Part shown: positions 1-8,803 of the stretch, piece after piece
Layout of the letters: each line of letters starts with the position of its first letter
How positions within the stretch are numbered: the stretch's first letter is position 1
NCBI GenBank assembly: GCA_965371515.1
Contig: CBDUYR010000027.1
Coordinates: forward strand, 1-35,389
Length of the DNA: 35,389 bases
Source of the DNA: an uncultured bacterium
GTDB taxonomy: Bacteria > Krumholzibacteriota > Krumholzibacteriia > Krumholzibacteriales > Krumholzibacteriaceae
Direction of reading: 5' to 3'
Made by a program: the position numbers and the translations under genes
Notes under the pieces: model-generated
What the model saw: the letters and a program-made list of their open reading frames with translations, nothing else
Told to the model about the DNA's origin: nothing
The model's database searches: none

Positions 1-522
1 GTTGCGCTGTCGGTGGTTTGCCTGGTTGCATTTCCGGTTCACGCCCAGGTGTTCAGTCTCTGGGGTGATGAGGCAATGACAACGATCGATGTCTTTGTAA
101 CTGGTCCCTTTCAGCAGTTCAGCATCTACGTCTTCCTTCATCCGGACGAGGATGGAGCCTTCGCAGCCGAGTACAAGCTGAGTGTCCCGGCGGGTCACTT
201 TGCAATCACGATTATCCCGAATCCGGTTGTTTCGACCCAGCTAGGTAACTGGTTTGGGTTCCCCGGGATCAGCGCGGCATTCATAAGATGCCAGACCGAA
301 CTGTTCTGGATCGTTAACCTTACAATGATGTCCGCGGATACTGTCCCCGGCTTCTATGTACTAGAGCTCCACGACGATTCCCAGTTTCTGGGCGTTGCGA
401 TATGCCCATATCCGCGCCCGCTGCTCGATGGCTATATCTATAACTATTTCTGCTTCAATACATCATGCTGGCCCGCAACCGAAGAGTCCAGCTGGGGCGC
501 AGTCAAGTCTATGTACCGATAG
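1..522 (+). CDS. Secreted hypothetical protein with short C-terminal SWGxxKxxY tail (5' partial)
   Basis: The frame is open from base 1 (VALSVVCLVAFPVHAQ, the end of a signal peptide) to TAG at 520-522. It ends PATEESSWGAVKSMYR. The true start probably lies left of the window. Confidence 0.75.
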   Translation, partial: VALSVVCLVAFPVHAQVFSLWGDEAMTTIDVFVTGPFQQFSIYVFLHPDEDGAFAAEYKLSVPAGHFAITIIPNPVVSTQLGNWFGFPGISAAFIRCQTELFWIVNLTMMSADTVPGFYVLELHDDSQFLGVAICPYPRPLLDGYIYNYFCFNTSCWPATEESSWGAVKSMYR

Positions 523-549
523 GGTTGTTCCGATAAAGCACCTTGTTGC

Positions 550-578
550 TTGACAGGGGGTATTTCCTCGCTTATATT
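550..578 (+). promoter_or_regulatory. sigma70 promoter of the rrf2-cus operon
   Basis: TTGACA (550-555), 17-bp spacer, TATATT (573-578). GAGGAGG RBS precedes the ATG at 627. Confidence 0.8.
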
Positions 579-579
579 G

Positions 580-603
580 TGGAATAACAGTACGATTATT
601 CCA
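580..603. promoter_or_regulatory. Inverted-repeat operator, probably for the Rrf2 protein
   Basis: TGGAATAA (580-587), 8 nt, TTATTCCA (596-603). Perfect arms lying over the predicted +1. Confidence 0.65.
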
Positions 604-626
604 AATAAGTATATGAGGAGGCGGAA

Positions 627-1058
627 ATGAAGGGTATCCTGAGATTATCAGAGGCGGCTTCGATGGCCTATCATGCCCTCGCTGTCCTTTCGGCCAATCC
701 GGACAGGTTCCTCACCGCCGGGGAGATATCGAGAACGATCTCCGGCTCCGAGGCACACCTCGCGAAGGTGATGCGGAGGCTCGTCCGCGACGAGCTCGTC
801 AGGTCTACGAGGGGTCCCGGCGGAGGATTCAAGATCGCGAAGCCGGCAGACGAGATCACTCTGCTAGATATCTACGAGGCGGTCGAGGGAAAGTTCCGGA
901 TGGCGGACTGCATGCTCGACGATCCGTGCTGCGAGGAGAACAACTGCATCATGGGATCCCTGATCAGGTCGGTCAGTATCGAGATCCTCGAGTACTTCCG
1001 GTCGAGAAAGCTCTCCGACTTCGCCGAGTCGTGCAAGCTTGGCAGGAAGGACTGCTGA
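627..1058 (+). CDS. Rrf2-family transcriptional regulator with Fe-S-type Cys motif
   Basis: wHTH signature LVRSTRGPGGGF..AKPADEITLLDIYEAVEG, followed by CMLDDPCCEENNC (C-x5-C-x5-C spacing as in IscR). Confidence 0.92.
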   Translation: MKGILRLSEAASMAYHALAVLSANPDRFLTAGEISRTISGSEAHLAKVMRRLVRDELVRSTRGPGGGFKIAKPADEITLLDIYEAVEGKFRMADCMLDDPCCEENNCIMGSLIRSVSIEILEYFRSRKLSDFAESCKLGRKDC

Positions 1059-1059
1059 C

Positions 1060-2463
1060 GTGGTCCGCTTCCTGCCCATTAACGCGCCGGGCACCCTGCT
1101 GTGTTCACCGGTGAATTTCGCTGGATTGACCGCGGCTGTATGGATCGCTGTGTCTATCGCGATCCTGGTGATCTCATCGAGCGCCTTCGCCGCCGCCGGG
1201 ACCGACGAGCAGCAGAAACTCGCCGAGGATGTCGTAAAGGAGTTTTCACGGGAAGCCGTGCTGGGCAGTGATCCGGGACTCGAGGACTACCTCGCCTACG
1301 CCGCGCTGAATAATCCCGGTCTCAGGGCCGCGTTCCACGGCTGGACGAGCAGGCTCGAGCGCGTTCCGTCGGTGTCCAGCCTCCCCGAGCCTGTATTTTC
1401 ATACATGTATTACGCCGAGAACGTCGAGACGAGGGTCGGCCCCCAGAGGCAGAAGTTCAGCCTGAGACAGGCATTCCCGTGGTTCGGCACACTCGGCGCG
1501 CGCGAGTCGGTAGCCGAGCAGGAGGCATGGGCCGCCTACAGGCGTTTCCAGGCTGAGAAACTGAAGCTCGCCTACCAGGTGAGGAAAGCGTACAGCGAGT
1601 ATTATCTCCTCGGAAGGCGTATCGAGATCGCACGGTCGACGCTCGAGTTGCTTCACGGCTGGGAGTCGATCAGCAGAACGAGGTTCGAGACGGGGCAGAG
1701 CGGGCGGAGCGACCTGGTGAGGATAGAGATCGAGATAGCGAGGGCGGCCGACGGGCTGCGCGGTCTCGAGGATTCGAAGACCTCGGCCGGGGAAGAGATG
1801 AAAAACGTCCTGGGCGCTCCCGATATGCTCGAGATCCCGTTTCCCTCAGTCATGCCGGAGCCGGCCGTGATAGAGCCCGACACGGTGATGGCCGCTGTAA
1901 TGATGAACAATCCGTCGATACTGGCGATAGACCATATGATCATGCGGGAGGAAAACGCCCTGAAGCTCGCCGGAAAGTCTTCGTGGCCCGATTTCTCCCT
2001 TGGACTGGATTACATCGATACCGGCCCCGCCCTCGATCCGGATATGCCCGAAAGCGGCAAGGATCCGTGGATGGTCAGCCTCAGCCTCAAGCTCCCGATA
2101 TGGTTCGGGAAAAACAGGGCGCTGAAGGAGGAGGCCAGGGCGAGGCTCGAGATGAACAGGTACGGCAGGAAGGATACGGCAGGCGACCTGCGGGCGCGCG
2201 CGGAGAAGTTACTGTTCGAGTACAGGGATGCGTCGTCGAAGACCGAGCTGTTCTCGGACACTCTGCTCCCGAAAGCCGAGGAATCGTTCGCCGTGACGCT
2301 CATGGAGTATGAAGGAGGCGAGGCCGATTTCCTGCACGTGCTCGAGGCACAGAGGCTTCTCCTCGACCTGAGACTGGAGATGGAGGAGGCGCTGGTGCTG
2401 CGGGAGATCAGGGCCGCCGAACTCGAGATGCTGGCCGGGAGGGAATTCCGGCCGGTCAGATAA
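1060..2463 (+). CDS. TolC-family outer-membrane efflux protein (CusC/CzcC-like)
   Basis: Signal peptide, two helical OEP-like repeats, and the motifs LRQAFPWFG, SLKLPIWFG and YEGGEADFLHVLEAQR. Start set at GTG 1060 (AGGAAGGA upstream, 1 nt after the rrf2 stop). The ORF track starts at 1039. Confidence 0.88.
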   Translation: MVRFLPINAPGTLLCSPVNFAGLTAAVWIAVSIAILVISSSAFAAAGTDEQQKLAEDVVKEFSREAVLGSDPGLEDYLAYAALNNPGLRAAFHGWTSRLERVPSVSSLPEPVFSYMYYAENVETRVGPQRQKFSLRQAFPWFGTLGARESVAEQEAWAAYRRFQAEKLKLAYQVRKAYSEYYLLGRRIEIARSTLELLHGWESISRTRFETGQSGRSDLVRIEIEIARAADGLRGLEDSKTSAGEEMKNVLGAPDMLEIPFPSVMPEPAVIEPDTVMAAVMMNNPSILAIDHMIMREENALKLAGKSSWPDFSLGLDYIDTGPALDPDMPESGKDPWMVSLSLKLPIWFGKNRALKEEARARLEMNRYGRKDTAGDLRARAEKLLFEYRDASSKTELFSDTLLPKAEESFAVTLMEYEGGEADFLHVLEAQRLLLDLRLEMEEALVLREIRAAELEMLAGREFRPVR

Positions 2464-2476
2464 AAGGAGGACCAGG

Positions 2477-3001
2477 ATGAAGTTGATTTTCACGATCATG
2501 TTCGTTCTGCTGATCGTCGGTGCCGTGGCGGCGCCGACGGCAGTTTATGCCGAAGAGAAGAAAGAGATGGAAAAAAAGGCCGAGGTCCCCGAGGGGTTTG
2601 TGGCCCAGACCATGTGCCCTGTGATGGGAGGCGAGATAACCTCGACCTCGTACGTCGACTACCAGGGTCAGAGGATATACTTCTGCTGCCCCGGATGCGA
2701 AGGTTCGTTCCTCAAGGATCCCGAGAAGTACTTCGAGCAGGCGGCGAAGGACAAGATCCTCTTCGAGAACGTGCAGACGACATGCCCCGTTATGGGGAAT
2801 CCTATCGACAAGAACTTTTTCACATACTACAAGGGCAGGGGGATCTATTTCTGCTGCGAGAGCTGCATCGAGACATTCAACGCCGATCCCGACAAGTATC
2901 TCAAGGCGATGGGAGAGGTGGAGAAGAAGGAAATGAAGAAGGGTCATGAAGATCACGACCATGACCACGATGGCGATCATGATCACGACCATGGACACTG
3001 A
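2477..3001 (+). CDS. Periplasmic tandem-YHS-domain protein with His/Asp-rich tail
   Basis: AGGAGG RBS and signal peptide. Two repeats of QTxCPVMG...Y(Q/K)GxxIYFCCxxC...F..DP.KY. Tail GHEDHDHDHDGDHDHDHGH. Confidence 0.88.
   Translation: MKLIFTIMFVLLIVGAVAAPTAVYAEEKKEMEKKAEVPEGFVAQTMCPVMGGEITSTSYVDYQGQRIYFCCPGCEGSFLKDPEKYFEQAAKDKILFENVQTTCPVMGNPIDKNFFTYYKGRGIYFCCESCIETFNADPDKYLKAMGEVEKKEMKKGHEDHDHDHDGDHDHDHGH
2951..2993 (+). repeat. 13-bp direct repeat within the His-Asp tail coding sequence
   Basis: GATCACGACCATG at 2951-2963 and 2981-2993. Confidence 0.7.
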
Positions 3002-3002
3002 A

Positions 3003-4874
3003 ATGAACGATAAGAGAAAACCTGCCGGCCGTTCGCGCCTCGTCATTCTGATAGTTGTCGTGGCGGCGGCCTTTCTGACCGGCTACCTGGTCCGGGGTGG
3101 CGGAGAGCGTGCACCTGCGGATGATACGGCCGTGACGGAGGCGGAGATCTGGTCCTGCTCGATGCATCCGCAGATCAGGCTGTTTGAGCCGGGCAAGTGC
3201 CCGATCTGCTTCATGGACCTTATCCCCGTCGATCAGGGAACGGGAGAGGACATCGGAGAGAGACAGCTGGCGATGAGCGAGTCGGCGATAAAGCTTGCCG
3301 AGATAGAGACGCGGCCGGTCGAGCGAAAGCGCGCCGATGCGGCGATCCACGCCGTCGGAAGAGTGGCCTTCGACGAGACCCGTATGTCGGAGATAACAGC
3401 CTGGGTGCCCGGGCGCATCGAAAAGCTGTTCGTCAACTTCACCGGTGCCGTGGTCAGACGCGGCGATCCCCTTGCCGAGATCTACTCCCCCGGCCTGGTG
3501 AGCGCGCAGGAGGAGCTCCTGCAGGCGAAGCGTTCTTATGAGACTGCTCCCGAGGTGGATAGGGACGCCCGTTCGATGCTCGAGGCGGCGCGGGAGAAGC
3601 TCCGCCAGTACGGGCTGACGGATGCGCAGATCGAGGCCGTCGAGAAGGAGGGGAAGGTCAGCAGGCGGATCGTTACCTACGCCCCCTCTTCGGGCGTAGT
3701 CGTCGATCTTGCCGCGAAAGAGGGACAGTACCTCAAAACGGGCAGCACACTCATGAGAATAGCCGACCTCTCCGAGGTCTGGGTGACGCTGAGGATCTTC
3801 CAGAGCGACCTGCAGATGATAAGGCCCGGCCAGGAGGTCAGTTTTACCTCGACCGCCCTTCCGGGCGAGTCCTATTCGGGGAGCGTGGTATTCGTAGATC
3901 CGGTCCTCGACCCGAAGACGATGACCGCGGGCGTAAGGGTCGTTGCTTCCAACGAAGATGGAAGACTGAGGCCCGATATGTTCGTCAGCGGGGAGATATT
4001 CATCCCGCTCGGCGCCGACGGCAGGGCGGTAGAACCCGGAATGAAAGAACACGCCGGGTATCCGCTCGTGATACCCGTCACCGCGCCGATGCTCACCGGA
4101 AAGAGAGCCGTTGTATACGTGCGGCTTCCGGGGAGCGCCGAACCGGTCTTCGAGGGAAGGGACGTTGTTCTCGGCCCGAGGGCGGGCGACAACTACATAG
4201 TCCTTTCCGGCCTCGAGGAAGGCGAGCTGGTCGTGACCAACGGCGCCTTCAAGATCGACAGCGAGCTGCAGATCAGGGCGAAGCCCTCGATGATGAATCC
4301 CGAGGGGGGAGTGGCGCCACCGGTCCACGACCACGGCGGACATGGCGGACAGGCCACCCGCGTCCCGGCGGAAGGGCCCGACAAGGAGAAGCCATACGGT
4401 CACATCACGGCCGGTTCTGTCATGCTCAAGGAACTCGAACCGGTCTATGATGCCTACTTCGATGTCCAGATGGCGCTTGCCGGAGACGACCATCCGGGCG
4501 TGGTTTCGGCGTACAGAGATCTCGACAAGAAGACATCGGCCGTCGACATGACCCTGTTCAAGGGCCCGGCGCATAACATCTGGATGGATCTCTCCTCGAA
4601 GATCGCAAAGTACTCCGGCGAGGGCGCGGACTCGAAGGACATCGGGTCGGCGAGAAAAGCATTTTATCACCTCTCGAAGGCGGTGATCGATCTCCAGGAC
4701 CGTATCGGGCACGCGGACGGCGATTTCTACCTCACCTTCTGCCCTATGGCCCGCGACAACACGGGCGCCTACTGGATCCAGGAAGTCGATACGGTATACA
4801 ACTCCTTCTACGGCGCCGTCATGCTGCGCTGCGGATCGATAGAGAAGAAACTCCCTTCCGCGGGGGGTGAGTGA
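3003..4874 (+). CDS. cusB: CusB-like RND periplasmic adaptor with N-terminal heavy-metal-binding domain and C-terminal DUF3347-like domain
   Basis: TM anchor, WSCSMHPQIR..PGKCPICFMDL, GRIEKLFVNFTG, YSPGLVSAQEELL, LRPDMFV, and C-terminal CPMA..NTGAYW..N.FYG..MLRCG. Start set at ATG 3003, since the 2946 start only reads the His-tail repeat out of frame. Confidence 0.88.
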   Translation: MNDKRKPAGRSRLVILIVVVAAAFLTGYLVRGGGERAPADDTAVTEAEIWSCSMHPQIRLFEPGKCPICFMDLIPVDQGTGEDIGERQLAMSESAIKLAEIETRPVERKRADAAIHAVGRVAFDETRMSEITAWVPGRIEKLFVNFTGAVVRRGDPLAEIYSPGLVSAQEELLQAKRSYETAPEVDRDARSMLEAAREKLRQYGLTDAQIEAVEKEGKVSRRIVTYAPSSGVVVDLAAKEGQYLKTGSTLMRIADLSEVWVTLRIFQSDLQMIRPGQEVSFTSTALPGESYSGSVVFVDPVLDPKTMTAGVRVVASNEDGRLRPDMFVSGEIFIPLGADGRAVEPGMKEHAGYPLVIPVTAPMLTGKRAVVYVRLPGSAEPVFEGRDVVLGPRAGDNYIVLSGLEEGELVVTNGAFKIDSELQIRAKPSMMNPEGGVAPPVHDHGGHGGQATRVPAEGPDKEKPYGHITAGSVMLKELEPVYDAYFDVQMALAGDDHPGVVSAYRDLDKKTSAVDMTLFKGPAHNIWMDLSSKIAKYSGEGADSKDIGSARKAFYHLSKAVIDLQDRIGHADGDFYLTFCPMARDNTGAYWIQEVDTVYNSFYGAVMLRCGSIEKKLPSAGGE

Positions 4875-7800
4875 CAGAGATGCAGTCCGCCGGGTCATCT
4901 GATAAGGGACCTTCCCTGCTCGACAGGATGATCAGGTTCTCTCTGGAGAACAAACTCGTCGTCCTTATCCTCCTGCTCGCCATAGTCGTATGGGGCGTGA
5001 TGGTCGCGCCGTTCGACTGGCAGATCGACATCCTTCCCCGCGACCCGGTTCCCGTCGATGCCATCCCCGACATAGGGGAGAACCAGCAGATAGTATTCAC
5101 GAAATGGATGGGGCGCTCGCCCCGCGACATCGAAGACCAGGTCACCTATCCGCTGACCGTATCGCTGCTCGGGATCCCCGGGGTCAAGACGATACGAAGC
5201 TACTCGTATTTAGGCTTCTCGACCGTCTACGTGATCTTCAAGGACGACGTCGAGTTCTACTGGTCGCGCTCGAGGGTGCTCGAGAAACTCGCTTCTCTCC
5301 CGCCCGGCACTCTGCCCCCGAGAGTCAGCCCGACGCTCGGCCCCGACGCCACCGCATTGGGCCAGGTCTTCTGGTACACCCTTGAAGGATACGGCGAGGA
5401 CGGCAGGCCCTCTGGCGGCTGGGACCTCGACGAACTGCGTTCGGTCCAGGACTGGAACGTGCGGTACGCGCTGATGTCTGCCGACGGGGTGGCCGAGGTA
5501 GCTTCGATCGGCGGTTTCGTGCGGGAATACCAGATCGACGTCGATCCCGATGCGATGTTCGCATACGGGATAGGACTGGGCCAGGTCTACAACGCCGTCC
5601 GCATGTCGAACATCGATACGGGAGCGCGGACGATCGAGATCAACCGCGTCGAGTACGTGATCCGGGGTCTGGGATTCATAAAGGGTGTGGGCGACCTCGA
5701 GAACACCGTGATCATAGAGCGAGGCGGAGTGCCCGTGCTTGTCGGAGATATAGCGACAGTGGCCGTCGGCCCCGCGGCGAGGCGAGGCGCCCTGGACAAG
5801 GGTGGTGCCGAGGCGGTCGGCGGAGTCGTCGTGGTGCGCTACGGCGAGAATCCCCTGGCCGCGATAAAGAACGTAAAGAAAAAGATTGCCGAGATATCCC
5901 CGGGTCTTCCGAAGAAGACGCTACCCGACGGGACCGTTTCGCAGGTCAGGATCGTCCCCTTCTACGACAGGACGGGACTGATCTACGAGACGCTCGGCAC
6001 GCTCAATACAGCGCTGGTCGACGAGATCCTCGTGACGATCATAGTCGTGCTCGTGATGGTGATGAGCCTCCGTGCGTCCCTTCTCATCTCGGGGCTGTTG
6101 CCGATAACGGTCCTCGCCGTCTTCATAGCGATGAAGGGATTCGGAGTCGACGCGAACATCGTCGCCCTCTCGGGGATCGCGATCGCGATCGGGACGATCG
6201 TTGATATGGGGATAGTGATCACGGAGAACATCGTGCGGCACCTGGCCGCCGCAGGGCCGGAGGAATCCCGCCTCGAGGTGATCTACAGGGCCTCCTCGGA
6301 GGTGGGGAGCGCGGTCCTGACGGCGGTCGCGACGACGGTGATATCGTTCCTCCCTGTCTTCACGATGACGGCCGCCGAGGGAAAGCTCTTCAAGCCGCTC
6401 GCCTGGACGAAGACTTTTGCGATCGTCGCGTCGGTTCTCGTGGCGCTCGTGATGATCCCGCCCGCCGCCCACATGATCCTGCGGAACGGCAGGAAGCGTG
6501 ATGGAAGGTCGAGTTACTATCTTGCGGCCGGGCTGGCAGCCGGGGCGATCTTCCTTGCCCTGGCCGGTCTGAAGCTCGCCTCGCTGGCGCTTTTCGTAAT
6601 GGCGGCCTGGGGTTTTCTCGGCCGTTTCCTGCCCGGGGACATCAGGGAGCGCATCTCCAGCCACACGATCCATATCATCGTCACCGTAGTCGCATTCATG
6701 CTCGCCTCGCACTGGCGTCCGCTCGGTTACGGCAGGCATTACATACTCAACCTTCTCTTCGTCGCAGGCCTGATAGGCGGACTTCTGTTTCTTTTCCGCC
6801 TGTTCCACCGGGTGTACGAACCGGCGCTGAGGTGGTGCCTCTCCCACAGGAGGGTCTTCCTCTCCTTCGCCGTCGCCCTCGTGCTGACGGGGGGATTCGT
6901 GTGGCGTGGATTCGACTCGTTCGCGGGATTTCTTCCACGTGCGATCCGTTCGACGGCGCCCTATACAGCGCTAAGCCACGTTTTCCCCGGCCTCGGCAAG
7001 GAATTCATGCCGTCGCTCGACGAGGGGTCTTTTCTCTACATGCCCACGACGATGCCTCACGCCTCGATAGGCGAGGCCCTCGACGTGCTTCGCAAGCAGG
7101 ACATGGCCTTCACCGCCATTCCCGAAGTTGAATTGGTCGTGGGCAAGATCGGCCGAGCCGACACTCCGCTCGACCCTGCTCCCCTGTCGATGGTCGAGAC
7201 AGTAATAAATTATAAGCCTGAATATATCGTCGATGCCTCAGGCCATGTCATGAGGTTCAAATTCGACAGAAAGAAAAAAGAATTCGTGCGCGGCGATGAC
7301 GGAGGGCTCGTCCCAGACAGGCGCGGCAAGCCTTACAGGAACTGGCGCGATCATATAAGGACCGCCGACGACATCTGGGACGAGATCGTCAAGGCCGGGG
7401 CGATTACCGGCACTACATCGGCGCCGAAGCTCCAGCCGATAGAGACGCGCATAGTGATGCTCCAGTCGGGGATGCGCGCCCCGATGGGGATCAAGGTCAG
7501 AGGGCCCGATCTCGACACGATCGAAAAGGTCGGGCTCGAGATCGAGCGTTTCCTCAAGCAGGTGCCGCAAGTCCAGCCGTCCGCCGTGCTCGCCGACAGG
7601 ATCGTCGGCAAGCCATACCTCGAGATCGTCATCGACAGGGAGAAGATCGCGAGGTACGGGCTCCACATGAGGACGGTGCAGGATGTGATCGAGGTAGCCA
7701 TCGGCGGGAAGACCGTCACGACGACGGTGGAGGGAAGGGAGAGATACTCCGTCCGTATCCGTTATCCTCGCGAGCTACGCGGCGATATCGAAGCCCTCGG

Positions 7801-8665
7801 CCGGATCCTCGTACCCGCGCCGGGCGGCGCCCAGATCCCGCTCGCCGAGCTTACCGAGGTGAGGTTCGTGCGCGGGCCGATGGTGATCAAGTCGGAGGAC
7901 ACATTCCTCACCGGGTATGTGATATTCGACGGCAGGAAGGGATACGGAGAGGTGGAGGTCGTCGAGGCGGCGCGCGCATTCCTGCGCTCCCGTGTCGAGG
8001 AAGGGGAGCTCGAGATCCCCGCAGGGGTGAGCTACGCCTTCGCCGGCAGCTGGGAGAACCAGGTCCGCTCGGAGAAGAAACTGGCCGTCGTCCTGCCGTT
8101 GGCCCTTCTCGTTATATTCCTCATACTCTATTTCCAGTTCGGCCGCGTATCGACGACGATGCTCGTATTCTCGGGGATATTCGTCGCATGGGCCGGCGGA
8201 TTCATCATGCTCTGGCTCTACGGCAGGGGATGGTTCCTCGATTTCTCCGTGTTCGGTCTGGACATGAGGGATCTCTTCAATATAAGGCCGCACAATCTCT
8301 CCGTGGCCGTATGGGTGGGCTTCCTGGCACTCTTCGGTATAGCGAGCGACAACGGCGTACTGATGTCGACCTACCTCGACCAGACCTTCGCCGCGAGAAA
8401 GCCCGGCAATATCGGCGAGATCCGCGAAGCGGTCGTCATCGCCGCGATGAGACGCGTGAGGCCGGCCCTGATGACTTCGGCGACGACGATCCTCGCCCTG
8501 ATACCGGTACTGACCTCGACAGGCAAGGGGGCTGACATCATGGTCCCGATGGCGATACCCTCATTCGGGGGGATGACCGTCGTGATGATCTCCGTCTTCC
8601 TCGTCCCCGTCCTCTACAGCATCCTGGCCGAACGGCGGCTCGCTGGCGGACGGCCCTCCTCGTAA
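4871..8665 (+). CDS. cusA: CusA/CzcA-family heavy-metal RND permease, Cu(I)/Ag(I) type
   Basis: PVDAIPD, GPDATALGQVFWY and TM4 IAIGTIVDMGIVITEN. The Met triad equivalents LYMPTTMP, PAPLSMVET and RIVMLQSG are conserved. GTGA overlap with cusB. Confidence 0.93.
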   Translation: MTEMQSAGSSDKGPSLLDRMIRFSLENKLVVLILLLAIVVWGVMVAPFDWQIDILPRDPVPVDAIPDIGENQQIVFTKWMGRSPRDIEDQVTYPLTVSLLGIPGVKTIRSYSYLGFSTVYVIFKDDVEFYWSRSRVLEKLASLPPGTLPPRVSPTLGPDATALGQVFWYTLEGYGEDGRPSGGWDLDELRSVQDWNVRYALMSADGVAEVASIGGFVREYQIDVDPDAMFAYGIGLGQVYNAVRMSNIDTGARTIEINRVEYVIRGLGFIKGVGDLENTVIIERGGVPVLVGDIATVAVGPAARRGALDKGGAEAVGGVVVVRYGENPLAAIKNVKKKIAEISPGLPKKTLPDGTVSQVRIVPFYDRTGLIYETLGTLNTALVDEILVTIIVVLVMVMSLRASLLISGLLPITVLAVFIAMKGFGVDANIVALSGIAIAIGTIVDMGIVITENIVRHLAAAGPEESRLEVIYRASSEVGSAVLTAVATTVISFLPVFTMTAAEGKLFKPLAWTKTFAIVASVLVALVMIPPAAHMILRNGRKRDGRSSYYLAAGLAAGAIFLALAGLKLASLALFVMAAWGFLGRFLPGDIRERISSHTIHIIVTVVAFMLASHWRPLGYGRHYILNLLFVAGLIGGLLFLFRLFHRVYEPALRWCLSHRRVFLSFAVALVLTGGFVWRGFDSFAGFLPRAIRSTAPYTALSHVFPGLGKEFMPSLDEGSFLYMPTTMPHASIGEALDVLRKQDMAFTAIPEVELVVGKIGRADTPLDPAPLSMVETVINYKPEYIVDASGHVMRFKFDRKKKEFVRGDDGGLVPDRRGKPYRNWRDHIRTADDIWDEIVKAGAITGTTSAPKLQPIETRIVMLQSGMRAPMGIKVRGPDLDTIEKVGLEIERFLKQVPQVQPSAVLADRIVGKPYLEIVIDREKIARYGLHMRTVQDVIEVAIGGKTVTTTVEGRERYSVRIRYPRELRGDIEALGRILVPAPGGAQIPLAELTEVRFVRGPMVIKSEDTFLTGYVIFDGRKGYGEVEVVEAARAFLRSRVEEGELEIPAGVSYAFAGSWENQVRSEKKLAVVLPLALLVIFLILYFQFGRVSTTMLVFSGIFVAWAGGFIMLWLYGRGWFLDFSVFGLDMRDLFNIRPHNLSVAVWVGFLALFGIASDNGVLMSTYLDQTFAARKPGNIGEIREAVVIAAMRRVRPALMTSATTILALIPVLTSTGKGADIMVPMAIPSFGGMTVVMISVFLVPVLYSILAERRLAGGRPSS

Positions 8666-8700
8666 TCTTTCTATTCCGCGCGGGATAAGGGATTGCTATT

Positions 8701-8733
8701 ATTCTAACCGGATTCTAACATCCTCTTAACAGC
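8701..8733 (+). promoter_or_regulatory. Pho-box-like array (3 x 11 bp) upstream of phoB/phoP
   Basis: ATTCTAACCGG / ATTCTAACATC / CTCTTAACAGC, with TAAC at 8705, 8716 and 8727. Confidence 0.8.
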
Positions 8734-8803
8734 CAGCTCATGAGGGCGTATTACTTGTTAACCGGTAGTTCGCTTCTATCGGTTACCCTGCGGAAGGCGA
8801 GCC

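Noticed and set aside
2946..3002. Met/Thr-rich N-terminal extension of CusB (MKITTMTTMAIMITTM) that looks like a Cu-binding Met tract
   Set aside because: It is the out-of-frame reading of the upstream His-Asp tail. The ATG at 3003 gives a normal N-terminus.
2901..4898. 665-aa minus-strand ORF
   Set aside because: Antisense shadow of cusB in GC-rich DNA, with no recognisable motifs.
8665..8693. Hairpin after cusA as an intrinsic terminator
   Set aside because: The stem depends on several G-U pairs and a bulge and lacks a clear U-tract, so it is too weak to call.
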